A DNA stretch of 64,000 nt. Origin: Geosiphon pyriformis uo1 (taxonomy: Eukaryota; Fungi; Glomeromycota). Positions within the stretch are counted from its first letter, which is position 1, and every line of letters begins with the position of its first letter. The position numbers and the translations under genes are program-made. Where the stretch lies: positions 445,877 to 509,876 of the forward strand of contig JAAOMT010000183.1 of NCBI GenBank assembly GCA_016748015.1, in the 5' to 3' direction. This document shows positions 1-12,460 of the stretch, in pieces. The notes under the pieces are model-generated. The model worked only from the letters and a program-made list of their open reading frames with translations, did not search any database and was not told the DNA's origin.

Positions 1-396
1 CCGTACCAGTCAATTGCATTTTTTTCGGCAGTGGATCTTGATCATGTGCTTCGGAAAGAAGCAGAATCGTGTTGCAAAACATTGTCATATCAACAGGAAA
101 TTCAACCCGGACAAAGTCTTAAAATACAAGACATTTTGAAGAATATATCGTCGCTAAGTGCTTTCACATCCGAAAAAACCTCAAGTGAGCTACCCGAAAT
201 TCCACCTTGTTATCAACACCTTTTGGTGCCAAGCAAGCCATCGGAAGATGAGCTTTTTCTCAAAATACAGGCATCTTCAAGTCTGGAAGAAGTTCAAAAA
301 TTATTCACTTTAAAACCTCCTGTTGAATCTTCAAGAAAAAAGGATACAATCAAAAAAAAAAAAGATTCAAGTAAAATGCAACAGCAGCAGAATTGA
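1..396 (+). CDS. 3' end of a host protein-coding gene (partial, unidentified)
   Basis: Frame is open from base 1 (PYQSIAFFSAVDLDHVLRKE...QQQQN*). It retains many CpGs and higher GC, unlike the TE copies. Confidence 0.6.
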   Translation, partial: PYQSIAFFSAVDLDHVLRKEAESCCKTLSYQQEIQPGQSLKIQDILKNISSLSAFTSEKTSSELPEIPPCYQHLLVPSKPSEDELFLKIQASSSLEEVQKLFTLKPPVESSRKKDTIKKKKDSSKMQQQQN

Positions 397-878
397 GATT
401 GGAATTAGAATCCATAGCAGATTTTGCAAGCTAAAATTTGGTAACAGCATTTAAAATTTCTTACAATGCAAATTTTATACAAAACATTTTAATATTGTTT
501 TGATTTTAAAAAAAAATGTTTAAATAATAAAGAAGATAAAATTCTAAAAATGGTGATAAAATTTTATTTGAACAGTAATATTTTTAAATAGTTTAATAAA
601 TTATTTATTTAATTTAGCAAATTCAATGATTTAATAATAATATCTCAATTAATCAAAAATTTCGCAAAAAGCTTCAAGAGTTTCATTAAAATAATTTCAA
701 GAAACGAATAATTTTTCAGTTATTAAATATAATATTGAATAGTACAAAAATTTCAAAAAAAAGTGTAGTTTTAATTTTCATGAATTTTAAGTTAAGTAAA
801 ACTATTTGGTAATTGGATAATGCAATTCATGCGTTTTTTACACATAATTGGCCATCTAAAATAAAATTTAAATATATT

Positions 879-1290
879 TAATATATGTACGTTTTTTATA
901 TATAATTAGCTATTTGGATTTATTATTTTTTGTAAATATTATCTAAAATTGTATTAACTTAATTGTAAATGAAACTATTAAATTAACAAATTTAATTACA
1001 ATTAAAACTAAAACTAAATTTAAATTTTGTTTTAAAAAAAAGATTTTTTTTGTTTTTATATTAAATATTATTAAATACAAATTTCGAAAACTTAATTTTC
1101 AAATGTAAAATTAAGCTAAATTAGTTAATTTTTAGTGGTTTAAAGAAAATAGTATATATTATCTTTAATATAATTATTGCAATACTGCAAAAATTAAATA
1201 ACTTTGCTTTATGTTTAGTTTTTAAAATAATTGATTAGTATAGCTTTAATTAGTTTAAATACTGATTATATATAAAAAAGATATAAGCTA
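879..1290. mobile_element. MITE-like element with the same TIR motif
   Basis: ~885-918 (gtacgttttttatatataattagctattt) is inverted at ~1257-1290 (aaatactgattatatataaaaaagatataagcta). TT flanks both ends. Confidence 0.4.
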
Positions 1291-2267
1291 TTTTTATTAT
1301 ATATTATTTCTATTATGTAATTATAAATAGTATTAAATTATATTTAATTAATATTTAAAAAATATTAAAAATATCAATTATTTATAATTTTATAAATTAA
1401 TTAATAATTAAATATATAATAAATTAAGCTAATACAATATTTTTTAAGTTAAATCAGTTTATAAAACTAAAAAATTATTTACAAATTAAAGTTAAATAAT
1501 TTGAATTTTGGTTTTTTTAATTTTTTAACAAAGTAATTTTTTTTACTATTAATTTTAACTATTTATAATAACAATAAATATAAATTATGTATTTTTAACA
1601 TAATAATAATTTAGAACTTGAGATAATTCGAAATTTTAATTTGATTACTTACATAATTAATAATTATTCTGTTAAATAAGTAAGATTATATTATTATATA
1701 CCATTTTTATTTATGAAAATATTGGTTTGCTTTACTGTAATTTTACTAAAATTAGCAAAATTTAAACTAAATCTAGTATATAAAATAATTTATACTAACT
1801 GTAAAAAGCTATGGATTATTTTAGTATAAATTATTTTAAGTTTGACTGTAATTAATAATATTATAAACTAAAAACACTAAAAAATTAAAAAAATATATTC
1901 TAAAAACTATTAAAAAAATATTGTTTTTTAATATTTTAAAAAAATTAATTGTATTAATAATAATAAAAAGTTATTTTTTTGTTTTTTTAACTTTTTTAAT
2001 TATTTAAATAATAATAATAAAAATTGTTTAAACAAATAATAATTTTGTTATTAAATAATTTATAATTAAAAATTATTTAAAAAAATTAGCTGTTTTGTAA
2101 TTACAATTATTAAAACTGAGTTGTTTAATTATTAAAAAAAACTCTTTCTCTTGTCAATCCCCTGACCATGATGAGAGCATAGATATTTCTGAAGTATTTG
2201 CTTTTCTTCCTCCCTTTTTCTCTAGTCCCTGTTAACTATTTCTTTTACTACACCTCCATTTGTCGTG

Positions 2268-4210
2268 ATGGAACTGGTAGGCTCTTCTGTTGGTGGCTCT
2301 GGGTCAATTTTGGCTGGTTTGGGGACCCGCCAAAGTGCGAAAAGCAAGCATATAGATATAGTATACTCTCGAAATACATCCTATAAGAAGCCAAAGAAGT
2401 CTGTCGCTGGTGTTGTGATTGACTTGTCTACTGGCTCTCTGGACTTGAAAAATCTTGGTGGGGCTGGCATCAAGCCTGGGATATTCTGGGGAAGTGAAAT
2501 TGGCAGTGTCACTAGCAGTGTAAGTGATCTTTCAAATATCGAAAATATGGTGAACACAATTGCTGAGGAAACCAGTTATGCGGAATCAGATAAGAACAAT
2601 AATATGAATGAAACGACGCTGAGAAAGACTCACATTCGAATGTTTGCACTGGGTAATTCTTTAAAGTGGCCTTTATTTGAATGTATGAGTGATGACAATG
2701 TTGTGCTGGATCTTCCTTCTCATGTGAATATTGGGTTCAATCAGTCACCTCCGCTCAAATCATGTGCTCTGGAAATACGGAACTTTAATATAATAAAATC
2801 CTTTGTACTTGATATTAAGCTTTCTGCAGTGTCTGGTAAGTTAGTTAGTAATAAATTAATTTCATTAAAAAAAATCTTTTATTGTGTTGATGGTTTTGGG
2901 GGAGCCTCCACTTCCTCAAAATTTTCTGGTATCATTAGATCATCCTTTACATCAAAATTTAGTTTGAATAAGGCTAGGGAAATGGCAATCTGTAAAAAAA
3001 TTTTGGTTAATGATGATGTCAGAAAAGCAACAGCCATTCAGATTGGGAGGTGATTGTCAAGGAGATCCCAATAGATCTTTCCAGATTGGCAGTGGAATCA
3101 ATTTTCTCTAAATTTGGCAAGATTGTGTCTATTAAGATACAGCTAATTGGTCTTTGGCAAAAGACCCTAGTTGAATTTGAGTTGTCTGAAGTTGCCAGTC
3201 AGGTCACTTCTATGTAGTTTGTTTTTATGGGAAAAGATTCTGTGTGTGTGGCTTTGGTGATCAATGATAAACAAATGTGAGTATCTAGGGATCAGCATCG
3301 GGCATTGCTATACACTCTACCAGTGGGCACTACTGCCCATGATCTTTTTGATTTGTTGGTATCCTATGGTGGAAAGTCTTGTTTTATTGGCCGCAATCCT
3401 AGTTCATATGTTCATGATAAGTGTGCTGTAATTTGTTTTGGTAATGAGACATCCAAGTTGGCTGCTATTGGCACAGTTTCTATTTTCAAGAGTGTAAATT
3501 TGCATTGGGCTGGTCTCTCTCTGGTTTGTTGTAATCGATGTAAACAATTTGGTCATATTTCTGTTAACTGTTTGATGGGTGGGAATTCTGGTAGTCATGG
3601 AAGGTGGATGGTGTCAGATCAGGATCAGGTTTGTCTGACTGGAATATATAAGAAAAAAATGGCTCCTATTGCATGGCCAGTTTCATTTGGTGGCAAGACG
3701 TGGGTTCAGGTTGCCGGTAGCTTTTCTTTTTATATGGTTCTTTTGGATGCTTCTGGTGTTAATTCAACCTCAGACATGAACTCTCTCTCAATATCCTTTG
3801 GGTCCCTCGATGTCTCTGATTTAGGTGGTCATTTGGCATCCCTGAAACGCTCTTTGGAACTCTTAGCTGACCAGATTTTTGGTATTATGAAAAGATTGAG
3901 TTTTGTTGAGTTGGTGCCCTTGGCGCCTTCCTCTTGTGTTTTCCCTTCAAATGTTTTTGTGTCTGTAGCTTCAGTTGTGGACTCAAATATGGCTCTGGAT
4001 GGTGGGTTAACTTTGTCTATACCTTTTGTTTCTGGTGCTGATGTGTCTGATGCTGTCCTTAGCTCGAGTGGTTCGAAGGTTCTTACCTCCAAGATGGGTG
4101 GTCTGAAATCTAAGATGTCTGCTCTGGAAGCTTCGATTGGTTCGGTTCTGGTGAAATTGGATCTTTTGTGTTCTAGTTCTGGTTCCCATGTTCCTTTTTC
4201 GTCCCAATGA
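2268..4210 (+). pseudogene. LINE ORF1 (RRM-like domains, CCHC knuckle, C-terminal coiled coils)
   Basis: IVKEIP..FSKFGKIVSIK..LVEF RRM-like segment; CNRCKQFGHISVNC knuckle; heptads LASLKRSLELLADQI and MSALEASIGSVLVKLDLL. Internal stops and a frameshift. Confidence 0.85.
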
Positions 4211-7200
4211 GCGATCTGGTCTGGAAATTTGCAACATGTAATGTTTGAAGTATCAACGTTCCTACGAAGCAAGCAGACATTGTTCATTGGCATGTGGATT
4301 CTGAGAATATGGATTCTTTTGTTACTAAAACAAAGTTGAGGTCCTTTGCTGGGCCATGGATCAAAGATAAATTTGATGGGGTTTGGATTTTTACTTCTGG
4401 TTTGGATGTTGGTTATCTTGGTGCCGGTGTTGCTGTAATCATAAACAATTCTTTGGCTCACCATGTTTTTAAGGTTGAAGAAATCTCTGGTCGGGTTGTT
4501 TCTGTGCGACTTTTGTTCAAAGGCAAGCTCTCAGTAACTGTGCTTGGTTTGTATGCTGGTGTTTCTTCTGGCACTCATTTTGGTCAGGCATCTAAGATTA
4601 ACTCTTTCATTGCTAAAGCTGTCAATACCAGCACTTTCATTGTGTTGGGTGGAGATTTTAATGAGAACAGGTCTGGAAGGAGTGTGAGTTTTAAGTTTTG
4701 CTTGGGTTTGGGTTTGGTCAATTTTTTTGCTGGTTATTACTTGGCTGAAACACCTACATAGTGCAATTCAAGAGAGATTGAGAAGACTATTAATTACATT
4801 TTTGTTAATGAAAACCTGTCTTCCGCTGTTGTTAAGCATTGGATTAGACCTGTTTCTGAATTTTTTAATATGAATTACAGTACTGTTATGGTGTCGGTTG
4901 GCTTGGGTGGACTCTTGGATGCTCAGTTGAATAGTTTGCGCAAGCAGGCTAACAAGGATTGTTGGAAGTTCAGAATTAGGGATGCGGATGTTGCCAAATG
5001 GAATAAGTTTAAGGATTGTGTTTCAAATAAACTTCTGTTGGTCAAAGACTTTTTTTCTGAGGCTGAAGCTGGTAGTGATCTAGATACTATGTGGGCAATT
5101 TTGAAGAGAGAGATGGTTGAGTCAGCTGATAAGGTGTTTGCGAGGCATTGGTTTAGTGAGTTTCAGTGTCCTAGGAATAAACATTCTTCAAAATTTTTTG
5201 GGCTCGAGCTACTCATTGCTAAAATTGTTAGTAAGATTGGTTCTGGTGATATGCTTGGGGTAGATTATCTTGTGAGAAAATGATTCACTTTGGACAAGAC
5301 CAAGGTTAGCACTTTTTCTGACTTGGTCATCTTGGGTGAGAACAGTGTTGTTTTTCTCAAGCATTTGTCATCAGTTCGCAAAGAATACAGAAGATCGAAA
5401 ATGTTTGAGTCGAGGTTGGCTGAGGAGACTTCCATTAGAAAAGCTATAGATAAGCGCATGGAGAGCTTTGCTTTTAGTAAGGGTGGCATGATTTAAAGCG
5501 TTTTGGACCAGCTTTTTTGTAAGGTGGTTCTTGATCATTTGGTGATTAATAATGACTTGGTTTTGGAACCTAAGGAAGTAAAGTCTAAGGTAGACGAAAT
5601 TATGATGGGGTGGACAAAGGTTCGCACTGTACCTTAATCATTGTCTGAATACTGGGTTTGTCAGTACATGCTGTTGGATTATGTAAGGGATGATGCCTTT
5701 TCCGGTGTTATGAAAGAGATAGATATGGAGGAGTTGCTTCTGGTAGTGGGTGGTCTGCCTGATGGTAAAGCCGCTGGCCTGTCTGGTATTCCCAATAAAC
5801 TGTGGAAGCATGACGGTGAGGTGGTTCTAAGATGTCTGTTGGTTTTGCTGAATGCTTGCTTGTCCGTTGGCAGAGTGTCTGTTTCTTGGAAAAGGGCCTG
5901 GGTGTCAATGATTCCTAAGCCGTATGATTGGGATGGTGTTCTTACAAACACTCGTCCCATTGCTCTAATTGAAACTGCCAGAAAGATTCTCTTTAAGGTT
6001 CTGTCCAATTGGATTTCTTTTATATGTAGTAAGTTTGATGTTCTCCATGGTGACAATTTCTCTGTGTTGAAGGGCACATCTATGCAATCTCTGGTGTTTG
6101 CTGTTGGAGCAGTTGTGAAGGATGCTCTCGAAAAGAATAGGGAACTTTGGCTGGTCTTGTAAGACATGTGGAAAGCATATGATTCTGTTGGGTGACATCA
6201 TTTAAGGGCTAGTTTGCAGAGGATTAAGATATACAACAATTTCATCAGATTTTTTGGTGGTATACATGAGAGTAGGTTCAACAGGGTGATGACGGATTTT
6301 GGTCTTTCTGATAAGTATTATGTTTGTAATGGTTTGGATCAGGGTGAAGTTTTCTTGCCCCTTTTGTGGAGGATTTTTTATGATCCGCTTCTGTGTGAGG
6401 TTAAAAGACATGAGCAGATTTTTGGGTATTGGATAAGTTCCAAGTTTGTTTCGAAGTCAGGTTAAATTGAGGGCAGTAGTGGGTTGTCATCTTATTTTGC
6501 AGCTGGTGTTTTTGTTAATAATACAATTTGAGTTAGGAACTGTCAAGCTGCTACTCAGAATATTTTGGACATTGTGAGTGAGTTTTTTGTTGTTAATAAC
6601 ATTTTCATCAACAATAAAAAGACTGTGGCCATCCCAATTAATCAAGGTGTTAGAATTACTTCTTTGGGTATTAATGATCTGCCTGTTTTAATAGCTAAAA
6701 AGGGTGTAGCTCATCACTATCTGGGTATTTTTTTGTCCACTAAGGGGCTTTTGAAGCTGAGTGTGGCCAAGGCACATTTTGATGTTTGTTTCTTTGCTAA
6801 TGTGGTTCTCAGGAAGGCTATCACTGATAAACAGTTCTCATATCTGGTATCAGCCGTCTTGTAGCCTATTGTTAGCTATCACACTCAGTTCAGCTTTGTC
6901 TTATCAAATGTGTGTAACAAATGGGATGTGATGTTGAAGAAGGGTCTTAAGTTTAAAGCTGGTTTGTCCTGTGATTTCTCCAATGAGACTCTGTGTCATC
7001 CATCTTTATATAGTCTGAAGTCTTTTGAGCAAGTGTAGTCTGAGGGGAAGTTGGCTGTCTTGATTTTATTTTCCAACTCCTCTGGTATTTTTGGCCAGTT
7101 GTTTGAGCACAGGCTTCTCGATTTGCAGGTTCTAGGGTGGTCTCCTTTGAATTCTTTGCAGTTTCCTGTTAGGTTGCATGTTAGCCCCATGAACAATTTT

Positions 7201-8898
7201 CTGGTGGGCGTGGTTAAAATTTTTCTGTGCAATGAGCTATCTTTGTCGAATAGATTGTCCAATGTTTTCTATAGTCCTGGTAATTTTCTTGTGTCATCTA
7301 TCCTGGGGAGTTCTTTGCATTTTAATTTGGTCCGTTCATTGAAGCATTTTGGTATGATTTTTGGTAATAGATTGTTTGACAAAAAGGGGCATGTTATGAG
7401 TTGGGCAACTTTTTGGCATTGGAAGAGGCTGGAGCCAAGGGGTCCTGTTCTTTATTGGTTTATGGTTGTGTCTGATTTTCTTTGCAGCATTGGAGCCTTG
7501 CTGGCCAGTTCTGTGAAGTCTACTTGTCTTTCTGGAGTGAGTGTTTTGGATTCTGAAGAGTTTTCTGTAGTTGTTAGTAAGTTGCATGAGGTCTGGTTTG
7601 ACTCGTTTAAGGTTTTTATGGATGGCTCGTTAAAAAATTTTGGTAGTGCTGATGTTGCTAATGGTGCAGTGGCCTTTTTTCCTGCTATTAATATGAGTAT
7701 TGACATTAGGGTTGATGGGCTGTTGTCTTCTACTATGGCCAAACTGCAAGCCATTGCTTTGTCTTTAGAGTGTGTTCCATCTTCTCGTACAGTGATCGTG
7801 CATACTGACAGTCAAGCAGCTATTGATGTGTGCATTTCTGAGATGTTGTTGTCCATGTCTGATTTCCGCTCCTTTTGTTGGTTGGAGAAACAGTGGATTT
7901 TTGATTTGGTTTGCAAAAAAGATCTTTCTGTATATTGGGTTAAAGTCAAAGGGCATTCTGGGGTTGTTGGTAATGTTAGGGCTGATGCTGCTGCTGGAGA
8001 TGCTGTTTTTTCTCATTTATCTTTGCCTGTCAGTGTCCGGGAGTGCTTTTTGGTTGCTGAGAATACACTGGTCTCTGGCAATACTTTTCATTTTGTTTGG
8101 GATTTGTATAAAGCTGTTAGCTGTGCATGGTGGGAGATGAGACCTAGCCATAATGTAATTCTTGGTGTGCTGATTGAAACTGTGGATTGAGATGCTACTG
8201 TTAGGGTGTGACATCCCAATTCACATATGCTTGCTGGTTTTACTAGTCAAAGGTCTTCTTGTCTTTGCACATATCTGATGAAGGCTGTGCACCAACAGCT
8301 TCCTGTGGCAGTTAGGAAACATTTGTATGATAAATTGTACTCTGATGTGTTGTGCTTATTGTGTCATGAGGTGGAGTTACCAGACCATGTTTTCATGTGT
8401 TCTTATAATGTGGAGGTTTGCAAGGAGATATTGGTTGCAGTGTATTTGGACTGGCTGTCCATGATCGGTTCTCATGGTTCATTGTCCTCTGCTGTTTTGC
8501 AATCTCTTGGTCAGTGTTCTTTGAACATTAGTTTGTATTCAGTTCTGTGTAAAGGGTTTGTGCTGAGGAAGTGGTGTGAAGAGGCGGTGGAAATTTTGGA
8601 TGGTAAAAAGGAGGCTGTCAGCACTGTGGTTGGTTTTGTTGGGCATTTGGTTGAGTTACATCACTCTAAAGCCTGGTTGGCAAGATTAGCATTTAGGGTG
8701 AGAATGGAGAAGCCTAGTCTGGTTGGGGATGACGGTTTGTTTTCTGGTTTGTCTCATTGCTTGGGTTTTTTGTTGCCCAATAAGATGGTAAGGATGCTTG
8801 GCATTGCTGGCTCTTTTACTGTTAATTTTGGCCATCACAGATTTTATCTTTTCTTTTTTGGTCTGGATGGTAGTCCTAGTGTTGATATAGGTGTGTAG
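4207..8898 (+). pseudogene. LINE ORF2: APE endonuclease, RT, RNase H, C-terminal Zn finger
   Basis: TCNV, GDFNE and TINYIF (APE); RPIALIE, KAYDSV, GLDQG and FVNN from FVDD (RT); MDGS, DSQAA and KVKGHSG..GN..AD (RNase H); CLLC..DHVFMC. Many premature stops. Confidence 0.93.
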
Positions 8899-10097
8899 TG
8901 TTGTCTTGTTTGGCCTGAGTGGCTACATGTAGAAAGTGTGTGAACTGCATTTAGTTTGAGCCTCTTAGTTTGGTTCTATGTACTAAATAGCAGTTGGACT
9001 ACACTCATTAAACTTATCAATAAAAATTATTAAAACCAATATTTTTATAAATATATTAAAAAAATTTTATTTTTTAATTAAATATTAACAAATTTTAACA
9101 TAATTTAAAAAAATTTACTAAAAACACTAAAAATATCCATAATATTAATAATTAAAATACTTTTAAACATATTTTATAAAGTTATAACAGCAAAAAAATA
9201 TAAATTCAAAAATTATTTTTATAATTAACTTTTAAAATTATTGAAATTTCTGTAATTTGGTATTTAAATTTATTAATTTATTAATTTAAAAATTTTTTAA
9301 AAAGTTTAATAATAAAGTTTATTGTATAATAAACAAAAATTTAATATAATAATTGATAATACTTAATATTTAACTTTTAATTAACAATAGTTTTTTAAAT
9401 ATTACCAAAAAATGAAAAAAAAATTATTTTTATTTAATCAATTTAGTTTTTAAGATTAGATAATTTAATAAACTAATTAAACAGAATTATATATAAAAAT
9501 ATTACTTGTTTTATATTTAAATCTATTAATAATTACTTAAAAATCAATAATTAAAAATTAATTCAAATTAAGATTATTTAATATGTTTTTGTTATTATTA
9601 TTTAAAATATTTTTTTTATTTATAGTCATAATAAAACTAATAATAATAATAAAAACAAAAAAAAACAATAATTTAATTATTAATTTTTTATTAAAACTTT
9701 AAAATTTTAAAAAAAAACTTCTAATTAAAAACAAAATAATATTCAAAATTAACAAAAAATTGATTTATTATTATTTTATTTAAGAAAAATACTTTTATAA
9801 AATATTATTAAATAATTTTAATAGTTATAAATATTTTAAAAATTAAAAAAAAACTTTTTAAAAACTTTTTTTTAATTTATTTTTATAATTAAAACCAAAA
9901 CAAAGAATAAAAAAACAGTATTTTTATTATTTTTATTATTATTTAAAACAACTAATAAGTTTTTTATCAATAAAATATTAATAGCTATAAAAATTACTTA
10001 ATAATATTTTATAGAAATATTTTATTTAAATAATATAATTATTAAATAATTTTCTATTATTTTAAGAACAGCTTTTTTATTTTTGGTTAAAGATTTT

Positions 10098-10104
<7 letters not shown>

Positions 10105-10151
<47 letters not shown>

Positions 10152-11122
10152 CCAAACACTACCTAATACTATACATCAAATAATTGATCTAAATTAGGTG
10201 TGAATCATGCACTTTTTACACGTAACTAGCCACTCAGACCAATTAGAACAACACTATGTACCTATATAAATGGAAACCACATTTAAAGCACCTAAAATGA
10301 ACAAATTAAATTTACGCAAACCAAACCTAACACTCAATACATTGTCAATACCCAACAACCTGACAACCCCAGCCGAATACAGGGAAGACAGACCAGAAAT
10401 AGTAGTTAGCATAGAACTGTCTCGAGAAATCAACCCATGTTTCTCTATAAATGCATGATGTTTAACATGGACCAATCAAACCTCATCTCTAAAAGCTAGG
10501 CAAAAATCATGGACAAAGTCCACAATTTTCGCACCAGCAATTTTCAGATCACCAAAAACAGAAACTGCCTCAAAAAACCAATTATTAAAAACAAAGCCTT
10601 TGCATAGAGCAACACGGACTGAGGTGTCAACAACGCATGAAAAAAGAGTTCACAGCACATGAGAAGAAGGGCAATGAAGGCCAAAAATACCTTCCCATTT
10701 AACCACAAAATCACCAAGCAGCTGATTACGACTAGCAAAATCAGAATCACAGGAAAAGACATGGTCTGAGACCTCTATACATCCACAATACAAACAAACC
10801 ACACTAAGGTAACTTCTATCATAAAGGCATTTGTGAATGGCCACAGGCAGTCTACAATGCAGAGCTTTCATAAAATATGTGCGCAAACCAGCAGTCTATA
10901 TACTGGTGAAGCCAGCAGCCATATGTAAATCAGGATGCCAAACAGAAGAAAACCTGCACCAATTGATATCAGTGAGCAATTTGCCAGTAACAACTCTAGT
11001 ACTCGAACTGAAACCCCAATGTAAACAGTGAATAGACTGATAAATGTCATGCACAAAATGCCTAGAATTACCCAAAACAAGACTACCACCAGCCAGGATG
11101 AATCACTCATTCAACTGGGGGT
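10105..11122 (-). mobile_element. 5'-truncated LINE (family B 3' UTR) with 47-nt poly(A)
   Basis: T-run at 10105-10151; ORF2 C-terminus (CLYCGCIEVSDHVFSC...VVSIYIGT*). Possible TSD attttttaaaa. Confidence 0.9.
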
Positions 11123-12460
11123 AAATTTTTTAAAACAATTTATTTAGAATAATCTAAATATAGTTTTTGTTTTTTTTGAAAATTTTAAAGTATTTAATAA
11201 GAAACTAATAACCAAATTATTCTTTTTTTTATTTTTTTTTACTATTATTTAAATAATTAAAAAAGTCAAAACAGCCAAAAAACAATCTTTTTAACTATTT
11301 GCTATATCTAATAACAAACTTTTTAAAGTATTAAAAGATTTTTTTTAGTGTTTTTAATAGTTTTAATATTTTAAAATTTGTTTTTTTTTATAAAAATAAA
11401 GTTTTGGTTTTTTTGTTTTTGTTAATTTTATTGTTAATTTGTATTATTAATATTAATTATAATGTTTAGTTTTGTTATAGCTAAGCTTAATTAATCAAAA
11501 GTTTTAATTTGAATTTAGAATATTATTTTTTTTAGAAATTACAAAATTTTAATATCTTTAATAATTAAAAAATGCCTATATTTTTAGTTAAAAAACCAGA
11601 ACTTTTTAGTAGTTATAAGAAATATTTAAAATATGGTTTCCATATTATTTTTAGACTTAATATTTTTTGCTATAAGTTTTTTATATTATAAAAATCTTAT
11701 TTTAAAGTCTTCTCAAATCTGTTTAATATAAAAAAAACACATTCAGATATTCCAAATCCATTTTTTAAAATTATTTTATTTTATTAAACATTAAGCATTT
11801 TTCAAAATTTACACAGTAATTACTTTTTTAGAAAAATTATTTTTAATATATTCAAAAAAAAATTCTATTCAAAAATATTATTATTTTTCTTAAATATAAT
11901 TAAATTTGTACAAAAAATATATTGCTTAGATAAATTAAATATAATTTTTGTATTTAAAATCTATAATATAGATAAAAAAAGATTTTTATTTTAAAAAATA
12001 ATAATAGAAATATATTAATTAATTTTAGTTTAAATTAGCTTTTGGTTATATTTTTTAATATATTAGTTTTTAATCAATTTTTACTTATCTTAAAAGCAAA
12101 ACAAAATAAACTTTACATGTATTTTTATTAAATTATATAATTAAATTATCTGATTTTAAAAAAGCTAATTAAATAGAAATAAAAATTTTTTTTTTTTGGT
12201 ATTGTTTTTAATAATACTAAAAAAATAAGTTTATCATTAAAAAATTTTTAAATAAATAATTTTTACATTAATATTTAATACTATATTTAAAATCAAATTG
12301 GCTTTTATTTAATTTGCTATTTTTTTTATTTTTATTAAAAGATTTAATGAGTGAAGCCCAATCACTATCTAGTATATAGAACCAAACTAAGAGGCCCAAA
12401 CTAAATGTGACTCATGTGCTTACTACACATGGCTAGCCATTCAGGCCAGTCAAGACAACA

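Larger units (their letters stand above)
2141..9024 (+). mobile_element. Full-length non-LTR retrotransposon (LINE, family A), degenerate
   Basis: 5' end ctttctcttgtcaat is shared with the copy ending at ~19205. Has ORF1, ORF2 and a conserved 3' UTR ending cactcattaaa before an A-rich tract. Confidence 0.95.

Noticed and set aside
2127-9035. aattattaaaa as TSD of the first LINE
   Set aside because: Plausible, but the same string also occurs at 2105 in very AT-rich sequence, so it is not diagnostic.
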